From the NCBI GenBank assembly GCA_009103225.1, contig RHPI01000026.1, positions 79,957 to 143,956 on the forward strand: 64,000 nucleotides of DNA, in the 5' to 3' direction. A program made the position numbers and the translations under genes. Positions 12,734 through 24,831 of the stretch are shown piece after piece (within the stretch, counting starts at the first letter, position 1; each line of letters begins with the position of its first letter). The DNA is from Chlorokybus atmophyticus. Lineage: Eukaryota; Plantae; Mesostigma and Chlorokybus algae. The notes under the pieces are model-generated. The model was not told where the DNA came from. It worked only from the letters and a program-made list of their open reading frames with translations, and did no database searches.

Positions 12734-15310
12734 ATGGCGAGCGCCGGTGGGCGCATGACTGTGCACGTTAAAACCACTGCTGCTGGGGGAAAGTTCAGCG
12801 TTGAGGTGGAGGGATCGTTGACGGTTGCGGAGTTCAAGGCTCTGCTTGCAGACAAAAGCAGCGTGCCTGCACCGCAACAGCGCCTGATCTACAAGGGGCA
12901 TGTTCTTAAGGACGATCGCACGCTAGCTTCCTATGGTAGGCCTCTTGCTTCCCTGCATTGATCTAAGTAGCACGCTAGTGCGTTTTAGTTGTGGTTGAAG
13001 AATTTGTAAAGTTCACTATGTCAATAGCAGTACAGCAAATGTTTGTCCTGAGGTTTTGTTTTCAACGACGTCACGTCAAGGCGTCTGTGTCTGCCACACG
13101 GGTGAGTCAAGTGCAGGACAACTTTTGCCTACTTGGAAGGTAGTTGTCCCCCATAGAGGTTTATATGCAACTCATGGTGTTCCGTGGCATGTCGCACTGT
13201 TTGAATAGGAAAGCCGTTTACCACTAGGGTTCCAGTCAGCCCACAGAGCACACGTTATGAGTTCTGCAGGTGTTCAACAGTTGCTGTTGCAGATCGTGCT
13301 GTAGCATGCATGCATGGTTGGTACAAGTGGTTTGGTTGCAAATTATTGTACTGCCATACTGTCCGCCTGTGCCTTTCACACGGTGTAGAACCTGCCTTGT
13401 TCAGAACACGATCTTACTTCAGTCTGTGACATGCTTGACTAGCTTTTCTAGTTAGAGCACTCCAGTCCAACACACTCGGATTACGTGTGGTCTGTTGCTT
13501 AGCGTGTTGCACTCAGGTTTGGAACACGAACACACGGTGCATTTGGTGAAGGGTGCAGCAAGGGACGAGAACAGCTCAGGTGCAGCGCCAAGCACGGCAA
13601 CCAGCAGCACGGTGCCTGCTCCAGGGTTGGGCATTCCCAATGTGGCTGGGATGCCATTGGGTGCTGGTGGCGATATGGCTTCCATGCAGCAGCAGCTCCT
13701 CCCATTCCTTGAGAACCCTCAAAGCTTTCAGCAATTAGCTAACAGTCCGGCTGTGCAGGTGCGAATTGCAAGCATCCTGTTAGAGGGGTGTTAGTTACCA
13801 GTCTGTCCGAGCGTTGCGGAGTCTGTCCTGTTCTTTGCACTGACTGTGGGTTCGTGTGCGTTCAGGCTGTGATGAATAACCCTGATATCATGCGCATGAT
13901 AGTGAACAGCAATCCGCAATTACGAGAGATCATGGATCGCAATCCAGAGCTCGCGCACATTATGAACGACCCTAGCATATTGCGCCAAACACTGGAAGCT
14001 GCCCGCAACCCAGAGCTCATGCGCGAGATGATGCGAACCACAGATCGTGCCATGAGCAACATTGAAGCACACCCGGAAGGCTTCAACGCATTGCGACGCA
14101 TGTATGAGAATGTTCAGGTACTGTTGCTACAGTACTGATTACATCTGCATGAGCATTTCACACCCTACAAGTGCTGCAAGTTAGCCATGGTGTCGCTTTG
14201 TGTATCGACTCCATTTGTTGCCAGGAGCCTATCATGAACTCCGCAACACAGGCTGCAGCAAATGCTGTGAACCGAGACAACCCATTCTCAGCATTATTTA
14301 ACACGCCTGGCACGCAACCCGCTGCTACCCCGGTGCCGGCCCCAGGACCCAACCCCAACACAAACCCGCTGCCCAATCCTTGGAACCCTCGGCCAGCTGC
14401 CACTGCTCCAGCAGCTGGTACAGGTGCCACAGCACCTGCGCGTCCTGCAAGCAACACACCGAGTCCTTTTGGTCTCCTACCTGGCATGGGCGCTGGTATG
14501 CCAAGCATGGACACCCTTGGCATGGACCCCCAAGTGATGGGCCAGATGCTTCAAGATCCTGCCTACCAGCAAATGATTCAACAGGTGCACATACGAATCT
14601 TGCGCTCTCGCCTTTGCTGCGAGGGATTGCTTTGTAACCACTTGCTTCACGTTGGTGGTCGTGCAGGTGATGTCCAACCCGCAAGTCATGGAGCAAGTGT
14701 TGAATATGAATCCACAGATGCGGCAAATGATGGAATCCAATCCCATGCTTAGCGACTTCATTAGGAATCCCGAGTTCTTACGCCAGATGAGCAATCCACA
14801 GTTCATACAGGTTGGTACTGGTGCTGCACAGGCTGGCTGCTAATCTGATCATGCATCCTGATATACAAGTATTCATGCTTCTTTCACAGGCAATGCTGCA
14901 GCTTCAGCAAGCTCTTTCAAATGTGCAGGCTGTTGCACCAAACTTCCCATTGGCATTTGGGTAAGCAGACGAATGCTCTTTGATCAACGCATATGTTGTG
15001 GGCTCCAACTCATCTGACCTTATGCAGGACACCACTTGGAGGTGATGCGGGTGCAGCTGCTGGCGGCTTGCCCGCTGCTGCTGGCGCCGCACCGCCCAAC
15101 ATGAATGCATTGTTGAGTACGCTGATGGGGGGCGGTCTTGGAGGTGCTGTCCCGCAACCAAATGTCCCTCCTGAGACGCTTTATGCCAATCAGCTCGCAC
15201 AGTTGCAGGAGATGGGGTTCTTTGACACGCAGGCCAACATCCAAGCACTAGCGGCTTCAGGCGGCAATGTTCACGCTGCAGTAGAACAGTTGCTACAGAA
15301 TCTTGGTTAG
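12734..15310 (+). CDS. DSK2: Ubiquilin/DSK2 ubiquitin receptor (UBL-STI1-UBA)
   Basis: UBL ([20 protein letters not shown]|[11 protein letters not shown]), STI1 ([30 protein letters not shown]) and UBA ([38 protein letters not shown]); GT-AG introns. Confidence 0.95.
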
Positions 15311-17240
15311 GAGGTGTTTGGGTGGGGTGGATGGGGGTGATTAGTAATGAGGTGGCTGCTGTCTGTGTGCACTTCGTTGGACACTGCCAGCACTGGTACC
15401 TGCTGCAATGAATGCAAGCCGGTCTGTTGATCTGCGCGCAACAAGTGCAAACATGTTTGCGGTTGTTGCCCACACGTGGTACTCGCCTAACAGCACTTGC
15501 ACGAAGTAGTGGTTGCGCATCCTGGTGATACGTCCCTTGTGTTCCCAGCAGCATTGCATGGAAACCATGCAAGGATTGGGTTCTCCTCATCATAGCTTGT
15601 GGATTGATGGTAGACACTCTTCGTGTAACCCGTAGTGTATAATAAATAGATTGCAAGGATTGTGGCATCCATGAGAGTGTGATACACACATGCATGAGCA
15701 GTCTACTCACCACACTATGAAGCACTCTCATTAACCACCGGGCTGCTAACCTAGCTGCTACCTACCTTCTCTACTGCCCATACCCATTAGACATGCATGC
15801 ATGCATGCATGCGTCATCACCTGCACATGCGCCTTGGTCAGTGGCCTTCTTACAGCAGCACCGGCCACACCAGCAGCACGACTCAACGGACTCCCCCTCC
15901 CGCTTCACCCACACACCCGCCGCCATCCGCCAGCCTCCTACTGCCATCTTGTCAACTGCCGGCTTAGAGTTTTGTCAGTACACACACGCATGCATGTACG
16001 GCACGCACGAAAACTCCCTCTGCGGCGGTGCATGTCGTGGTTGTGTGCGCCTACTTTAATGACACGGGCAGACTTCACTGCTCCATGTATTGTCATGCTA
16101 CTACCTTATGACAAAAACATGCTTTCTTGAAGCTATGTGCATGGTTAAGGTACCACAACCCCACCCTTGTACATCTGTCAATGATAAGGAGAACCATCAC
16201 TAGCAAGCAAATGCCAAGAGGCTAGAGACATAATATATGGAAACTTTTGCATTGTATGCACATTAGCATAACCATATATAACAGCACAAGAGTTGCTATG
16301 TGGAGGCTTGCTTCCAAGGTAGCAAACGAACAACCATACAATTATACTATGTGAATATGTGAAATATATAGTTATCGAAATAGCCCGCTAGGTGCAATGC
16401 AAGTGGTGGTGCGGCGCAGAGGCTAGGTTGCCCATCTGTATAAGCATCACAAAGGACTTTGAAGGGCAGGAGAGGAGAGGTTATCAATGTTTCGCAAGGA
16501 ATGTGATTATAGTTGCGGGGCGTGCTTGTGCAAGCCTCGCATGCCATGCATGCATGTGTAAAGCATGTGAAGACACGGCGGTAGTTGTGATGAAGTTGAC
16601 CATTCAATTAACTACCGCCACTAACGGTACACCGCATTTGCCCGTCAAGGCCCCCCTACAAAGACCCTCCCTGGCCATAACCCCAACGGTAAACCTTGGT
16701 GCGTTCTAAAGACCAGGGGGGGGGGGGGGGGGGGGGGGNTAAAACCATACAAGCCGCAAGGCTGACGATGCAATTGCTATAGCATCGGGATGAGGTAGAG
16801 GGTGTTGAGACGAAAATGAGGATTGTGTGTTATTAATGTTGATGGTATGCCTTCGACCATAGACAATTGAGCGTGAGGATGTAATCTTGATGTGTAAACC
16901 GCTGTAACATATATGGCATAAGGCATATATGAGACATGTGATTCCCCTTATGGTAGCGACTGTTGCTGCCATGTTCTAGTCGTTAAGGCCGATGTTACAA
17001 GCGCGCACTTATTAACCACTGTTTTTTGAAAGATAATCAGCTTCAAAAATGCCAAGCTACTTCATTACTAACGATTTTAAGCCCACAAAGAGACCCTGTT
17101 CAAGCGCGAAAGCTGCTGAGATCTGGTGTAGTCATGTGTTTATGTGTATCGGGCACATAATCACAAAAAAAAAAGGACTTGTTTACAACTCAGCAAGAGG
17201 TTTATATTATATATTAAGCTTTATGAAGAAAGAGAGGGGN

Positions 17241-18703
17241 AGCCCCTCCCAAACTTCCTCGCACCGCATCAGGTGACCGGCTCGCTACCGCCAAAACAGT
17301 TCCTGTGCGTTTAACATATAAGGCCCCACCCCTGTTACGGCTTGCGACCCCTTGCAGGCGGTCCTTAAGAGGGGTGGGTCCTAAAAGTCTGTGCTGCGAT
17401 GATGCACGAAGCCGAGATGCACGCGTGTCGAAAGCTGAGCAGCTGTCGCTGCTAGGCGGCTCCTTATAAGCATACGCTCATAAGTTCTATACAGTACAGC
17501 AACTTACGTTGTGTTATGCGCAATCACAGCCTGGTCAATAGCACTGCTAGGTATGACAGCAGTGTTGAAGCAGCACAGCTCAAGTACCGGTAGATCTCGT
17601 ACATGCAAGTCAATGTAGAAATGAGCCTCTTATAATGCCAATGTGAGATTTTAAGAGTCTCATCTCTATTTGCATGTGATTAATGGCTCTCAATTTAACT
17701 ATATGCAAATTCAATGGCAAACACATTACATGGAAAAAAAAACCTTTCCTATACTATAGAATCCGCGTACCGCTGCCATGCTGCTATTCTGCCTGCCGAG
17801 TCCGCCTTACACTTTCACGCGCGTAAGCATTGGCCCCCCCCCTCAGCTATTGGAGAGAAGCATTAAAATCTACGAAATGCCGATAAGATTTCAAAAAGGG
17901 TCTTTAAGTTTGCGTGCACACTTCTGGCCATGTAAACACGGTAGGGTACATATGCTACCATATTTACCCTTATCATAAGCACGTGCTTGTTAATTACAAG
18001 AAGCCATAATCATATATTGAGAGATCGAATGCCTTATTTAGGGAAATTGCGAACAACGCAGGTGTAATTGAAATATTTAAGCTTTATTAAGCTAATCTAA
18101 GTTAGGGGGGCCAATGCTTACGCGCGTGAAAGTGTAAGGCGGACTCGGCAGGCAGAATAGCAGCATGGCAGCGGTACGCGGATTCTATAGTATAGGAAAG
18201 GTTTTTTTTTCCATGTAATGTGTTTGCCATTGAATTTGCATATAGTTAAATTGAGAGCCATTAATCACATGCAAATAGAGATGAGACTCTTAAAATCTCA
18301 CATTGGCATTATAAGAGGCTCATTTCTACATTGACTTGCATGTACGAGATCTACCGGTACTTGAGCTGTGCTGCTTCAACACTGCTGTCATACCTAGCAG
18401 TGCTATTGACCAGGCTGTGATTGCGCATAACACAACGTAAGTTGCTGTACTGTATAGAACTTATGAGCGTATGCTTATAAGGAGCCGCCTAGCAGCGACA
18501 GCTGCTCAGCTTTCGACACGCGTGCATCTCGGCTTCGTGCATCATCGCAGCACAGACTTTTAGGACCCACCCCTCTTAAGGACCGCCTGCAAGGGGTCGC
18601 AAGCCGTAACAGGGGTGGGGCCTTATATGTTAAACGCACAGGAACTGTTTTGGCGGTAGCGAGCCGGTCACCTGATGCGGTGCGAGGAAGTTTGGGAGGG
18701 GCT
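17241..18703. repeat. Perfect 599-bp inverted repeat (arms 17241-17839 and 18105-18703) with 265-bp AT-rich spacer
   Basis: The arms read as exact reverse complements along their length. The left arm starts immediately after a single N at 17240. Confidence 0.9.
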
Positions 18704-19362
18704 TAGAGGGGCCTTTTTCTTCTGTTAGCATTTTTAAGACCGCGGTTTAAGACCGCGGCGCCTTACAAGGGGTCGCTAAAAGTCCTGTTCGTATAACTTG
18801 TAGGGTACCTCGTACTCCGCGGGGCCTTAAGAGGGGTCGCTAAAAGTCTGCGCGTGCCGAGCCTTATTGCATCATGCATGACTCATGCAGCATGACGACA
18901 ACTTCACCACTTCGCCGCGGCTCGGCGCCTTCACACCCGGGCCTCTGTGTTACGATGCCCGGCTGTAGTTCAGAGGGCTGCTTGTTGAACGCGCGTTCCT
19001 GGGCAGCGCCGTGCGACCGACCCCATCGTCTGGAAAAATCCGTCCACGTGACTGATTGTGATCTCCACTTTTCGACGGAAATAGTCACATAATGTCGTGC
19101 GATATGTAGTGGATATGCCGTCATCGCCCTCTGGCGACTTTATGTCTGTAGGGGTGCTTCTGGTCATTGCAAGCTAATGAGCACATAGCTGCGCGCCTCA
19201 ACGCAATGCTTACGCAGACAAGCATTATCTAAATATCACATGATATACGCACATGCACTCAGTCGTGAACGTACAGGCAAGTACAAATAGTCTGAGTAGC
19301 TACGGTGCTGCACAAGGCTTCAACGATTGCAGTCTCTTAGTTTAACCATTCCTCAGTCAGCC

Positions 19363-20448
19363 ATGGCTCGCTCCAGCCTCTGCCTCTCCGTGGCCTTGCT
19401 GCTCGGCCTCTGCGTCCTGCTTGGTGAGCTGATGCGTGTGACGCTGTCCTCAACATGCAAATGCCAACTGCTGCCTATGTGTTGTGAGCCTGCCTGCCTG
19501 CCTTGACGGCTTGTCTGCCCAACACCTGTTCAGCACTAGTCAGGCAGCTACTCAGTTCTGCTGCATGACTACACGCATGCATGCAAGCGTTGCACGCGTG
19601 AGAGGCCGCTGTGCACAATGCATGCACATGCACCTACACCCACCCACCTACCCACCCACCCAACGACAACTCTTCTAACACACTCTCTTCCTCAGGCAAT
19701 GCTGGTGCTGCCAACGCCGAGGTCACACTCCACACTCGCCCCAAGTGGGCTCTCTGCACCGTGACTCCCTCCACCCCTTCCTCCACCTACTCCCTCTTCT
19801 TCCGTCCCCGCCTCTTCCTGGTGGACTCCGCCTCCCACACCCTCCTCGCCCGCGGCAAGTGCGTGCTGCGCATCACCAAGGCGTCGGGAGCTGTCGTGAC
19901 GAAGCATGCCCAGTGCACGCTGAAAGTGAGTGCGATTATTGGAGGAGGAGATAGCAACGGGAGGAAGCTGCTGCAGGCGCCCCCGGCGATTTGCACGCTG
20001 ATTACTGTCAAGATTCCCAAGGGAGTGAATATCAATGTGCTGGGACTGAACATTGCCATCCCGTCTGGTCTCCGCGTGGTAAGAGACAGAAGAGTGAACT
20101 CTTTTTCGCTTGTGACTGCACATGTATACGGGTGCATGTGTGCACTCATGTTGGTGGCTGTATACGTGTGTATGTATCAGCATGTGCGCATACGCGTATG
20201 CACACGTATGTGGGTACATGTCTGTGCGTGTGCATGTAACGTTGCATAGGTTGTAACTGTTGCTATACATGCGTTCTATGGTGCTTCCACCTTCTAACAC
20301 TTGACACCTGCAGATCATCACGGGTACCGCTGGTTTGTTGGGCAACCTCCTTTGCGATCTGAACGGTCTGCTGAGCGGTCTGAGCTTGACCAAGTTGCAG
20401 GCCATCGCCGACGCTTTGAACAACCTGCTGGCACAGCTTGGCGCTTAG
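19363..20448 (+). CDS. Small secreted protein (signal peptide, RKLLQ motif, C-terminal LLGNLLC domain)
   Basis: Three in-phase GT-AG exons: 19363-19423, 19696-20078, 20314-20448. N-terminus MARSSLCLSVALLLGLCVLLGNAGA is a typical signal peptide. C-terminus ends CTLITVKIPKGVNINVLGLNIAIPSGLRVIITGTAGLLGNLLCDLNGLLSGLSLTKLQAIADALNNLLAQLGA*. Confidence 0.85.
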
Positions 20449-21190
20449 GCTGCTGGCCATGCGTGAAGTGTGAACATTTTGTACTGAGAGATAGTGATAA
20501 AGCTGGTAGTTTGGCAAGAGGTCTTGTAACATGCAGGCTTGTTGTGGTTAATGGAGTTTGTATATGCGGTAGGAGTGTAGTGCAGTGTAGTTCATGAACT
20601 GGCGTCCGTTAGCAAATTGTGGAAACTGCTGAGATGTGGCATGGAGTATACTTTCTTTTTCCCGTTTTGGTTTCAACTTGACTTTTGGTTGGCTTAATGA
20701 TGATGATTGTAACTTTGTACCTTTTGATAACAACCAGCCAACCACAATATTTTACTCTTGGTATCAATGAGATCAAGCAAGCAGACACTTTGCATCACAA
20801 TTTCACTTATCTCCTTGCAACTCACGTGCAAGTGCACAACCCGCCAAACAACACAAATATGTACCCAATCTTGTAGCAACAAAGATAGTGTGCCCTCAGG
20901 ATCAACATCACACATCACGCGCCGGATTGTTGCAGTAATGTAACAATACATTAGGTAGTGTGCACACGCTGTACACGCAAAGAAAGAGGTAGTAGCATAT
21001 CACTCTTGCTGCAACAATACGATGTTGAAGGTTGGTACACTCTTGATATGGTGTGGTAGTGTACAGGTGTAACATTGGCTACCAGTTTTTGGACATCAGC
21101 TGCTGAGTTGTTGCACAGTTCAATGAATACTTTTGCCTTGTGGCGTTTTCAAGCTGACTGATTCTTGATTTCCTATTACAGAGTATATAA

Positions 21191-21342
21191 ATCACTTTGT
21201 ATCACAAGCCAACAAGGAAACACTGCATATAAAAAGCACATTGTTCACCTTGTGTCACAGAAAACATTGATCACTTTGCATTACAAGCAGTCAACAAGGA
21301 AACACTGCACATAAAGAGCATATTGTTCACCTTGTGTCACAG
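21191..21342. repeat. Imperfect tandem duplication (about 70-bp unit, two copies plus a partial third)
   Basis: atcactttg..aacaaggaaacactgca..ttgttcaccttgtgtcacag at 21191-21260 and 21270-21342. Confidence 0.85.
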
Positions 21343-21556
21343 GTACTACTACATCAATTAACCAACAAGGAAAAACCGCATTATTGGTGGCAATAGCCAC
21401 ATATAAAGCATACACTTCGCATGCTTACACTTTAATGTAACCTATTACACACCACTAACCCTACAGCTGACACGGTTCACAACACGTCAATCAATTAATC
21501 AATGCCTCTATCGCTACAGCCATATTCAATGCAAACAACGCAACAACTCATCATGC

Positions 21557-24052
21557 TCACGCTTGTCGTGTGGCCGCATCATACGCTGCACGACACTCTT
21601 CAGGCAGCAACGCCTTGACCTCCATGACAGAAAATGATGGCTCAGGCAGTTTCTCAATGGCGGCCGCGCACACCTCCGGACGCAACTTCCACCTACGCAG
21701 CGTGCTCCTGTAGGACGGGATGGCGTCTAATGGGGGACCCCTCGCTGTGCAAGCCTGAGCAACAAAGCATGTTGTGAGTCCCACGCGTGCACACACACAT
21801 ACGTCACACAGAGGTAGCCAACGCAGGAACATGTGCATGTGGGTGGGTGGGTGCGCGCACGCATGTGTGTGTGCAAACAGTGCACACATGCATTCGGGCG
21901 CACTTGTGTGCGCATACGCCTGTGAGTGTTGACTTGTATGCAAGTCTGCACGCACACACATGCACATGTACGCACGCGCCCGCAAGCGCCTGTACAAACC
22001 AACATACCCAGTGATCGGTTCCAAGTCTGTGTAGGTAAAACCGCCACAGCGGTTGGTGTACGCCGTCGATCCAGACGCCAGCCCACTTCGCCCACACGTC
22101 GTCGCCGTCGTAGCGAAACTCCGCGCGGCACAGCGCAAACCCGAGCCCAGCACCAACCGCCTTCACGTAAGCCTCCTTCATCGTCCAGTACCTGTGACAT
22201 GTAAACTCACACGTTGTCCACAGACTGTTGCTAAACCAAGGAGCTGCAAGCTTACACAGCTGTGCACATGCACACACTGCGGCAGTTGTGCATATCACTT
22301 CTTGAAGTCGCACAGACGCACACAAACGCACGCTCGCACGCACGCTTACTGTTAGTTGCCTAATATGTCTTTGACTGACATGGCGTCAAAAACTTGTGTG
22401 AGATACTTGTGCAAATGTGCGCTTCGCAATATGACAAGTAGCTAGCACTACACAGATACCCACCACCCACCTGTAGAACTGGTTCAGAAGTGCTTCATCC
22501 GAATCCGTTCCACCCGTCCTCATCGTCCTCCACTCCCGTTCCGTGAAGCAGTTCCTGAACGCTTCAATAAACGCCTCTGCCCCACTCTTCTTGCCAGAAG
22601 GAGCGTGTGACATGATGTCCGCGCCGGAGAGACACAGCGGCTCCGACGCGATCACCACGTAGTCGCCGTGGTGAGAAGCGTTGAAGTTGAAGTTGGGGAA
22701 GGGGCAAGAGGGGGGGAGGGGGGTGGCCTGTGGGTTGTGTGTGCTTTGAGAGGTGGCTGACAGAATCATGCTTGCTGGTTACTAAAGTCAGTTGTATACA
22801 TGTGCGTGTGCGCGTGTGTGTGTGCATGTGCACACCCTCATGCGCACACAATGCGCGGGTGTGCGCATTCGCGTGCACGTATGTGTGCGTCTGTCTCAGC
22901 AACTCACCAGGAAGGGTTTGTTCTCGCGTGTGCGGCGGATGTCAACGCGGTCGTACGGTATGCCCAGGACTTTATGGACAAGCTGACGCTGGAGCAGCCT
23001 TGACACCATTGCGCGCTTCCTGTCCTCCATCCTCATAAACCTGTTGAATTGCACGTTTGGTGAAGCACAACATGTGACAAACACACTCACAGGCACACCC
23101 ACACACATACTTGCACATGCTAATGCTTTGCAATGAAGCTTACTTGATGCTCATGTTGTGTGTGTGTGTTGAAGCACAACAACACACGCACACGCGCACG
23201 CTCACGCTTGAATCATACCCTCTAGCAATCATACCGCCACCCACACCTACACCTACACTCACTCTCACTCTCGCGCTTACTTGTTGACTTGCTCTGTTTC
23301 GGCCTGGTCGAGCAACGACAAGCAGAGCTTCCACTCAGTGTCGCCGGGCTGCCAGGTCGCCGTGTTGACCGCCCAGCGCTGAACGCCCTCGGACATGACT
23401 GCCATGTCAACCTCACTGAGGTCGAGGTCGTCGGCTTCTTCAAAAGCAGCCTTGCCCACCACTGAAGACAACATACATATGTGTATGTTTGGTGTTGTGT
23501 GTATGCGTGTATATTTTGGGTTGTGTATCTCACTCTGCTGGCAAGCATTTTGGTAGTGGTGGCAATACCTGACTTGCTGGCTGCAAATGTGTGTGAGATG
23601 GAAGCTCAATGCAGACAACGCAAGTTGCATGGACGCAAAGAGTACGTGCTGTGCAGCTCATGCACGCATGCTTGTATGGAATAGAATGCTTGCAACTGTG
23701 GAAGCGAGTGAAAAGACCAACCTGAGTGTGAAGGAGCGTGGTCATGCTGCTGAGGTAGGGCGCCTAGCGGCCACACTTGTCTCGCCATGCTTGAGCACCG
23801 CTCGTAGTTGCTGTCGTAAGCTAGCGCTTCGTCAGGCAGCAGAACAAGAGGGTCGTCCTCGACCTCGTCCTCGTCCTCCTCCTGCTCCTCTTTCTCCTGC
23901 TCAGCCTTATGGCTGTGCTTATCCTCCGCAGCGATATGCTGCAGGGCGGGCTTAAGCACTTCAATGCTGCTGCTGCTGCTGCCATGCTGGCAGTCTGATA
24001 CTACCGGCACCGTACCTTCCGCTGCTACCTCGTGCCTCCACGTGGCGAGCAT
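21557..24052 (-). CDS. AASDHPPT: Sfp/LYS5-type 4'-phosphopantetheinyl transferase
   Basis: Exons give RWAVNTATW, EDRKRAMVSRLLQ, RTRENKPFL, FNFNASHHGDYVVIASEP..GADIM, FYR|YWTMKEAYVKAVGAGL; stop at 21557. The acidic N-terminal exon (ATG 24052) is less certain. Confidence 0.9.
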
Positions 24053-24831
24053 GCCACGTGGAGGCACAGCGCTAGCTAACGGCCCCTGCCTCCTCCACCG
24101 CCGCCGCCGCCGTCTCCCCGCCCGGCAGCGTGGCCTGAACTGCTGTTAAGAGCTGACCGACGCCGCTTGACCGCCGTTAACTTTGACTGACGTTACGCAA
24201 GCTTTGAAGAATACGGTCAGGTGCGACGGATGACGGTGACCAGCGCTGCTTACGTCTTTAAGATACAGCATGCCTGTTGGTTAGCTCAACCAATCAATCT
24301 GCAGGTGAACCTGGTTTGTTAACCGCGGCGGCGGCGGCGGCGGTCTTGGTGTGGTTGCTGAGGTGATCGCTCACATACACACACATCTAGCGTATGTGAG
24401 TTGATGTGAGGAATAACACTCAGCAGAGTTGGGCTTGGATGTGTACATTTGCAGCTGCTGATGGCTGTGTGTTGTGACACATTCCTGTATGCAACGTGTG
24501 CTGTCACTGCTCGCTGTTGGCAAGTGAGAATGAGCATCGTTTGTCATTGAAATTATGAACAAGTAGGTATTGCAGTGTCTCGATGCAAATATGCCATGCA
24601 GCTTGCTTGAGTGCGCGCATGTGTGCGTGTGCGTGTGTGAGCATTCTCGAGCATTCTCTAACATTATTCAAGATTATTCAAGATACAGCTTCAAGTCGTC
24701 TTGCCGTCAATCACTATTGGAGTCATGTTCTCACAGCACAACACACCAGGTGAAGACGCCATACCATGCGCACACACCCACACACACCCACAACACGAGC
24801 TGAGACAACACTCCACCCCACAGCGCATGCG

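Noticed and set aside
16716-16739. Poly-G tracts (also near 30055 and 39746) as G-quadruplex or telomere-like elements
   Set aside because: Each ends at an N, so the lengths are unreliable. They are most simply assembly break points.
18860-19200. Possible structured ncRNA upstream of the secreted gene
   Set aside because: No tRNA, snRNA or SRP signature was recognised.
21191-21380. Repeat-spacer-like pattern suggesting CRISPR
   Set aside because: Only two long imperfect copies with a 9-nt gap, no unique spacers, no cas genes, and eukaryotic context.
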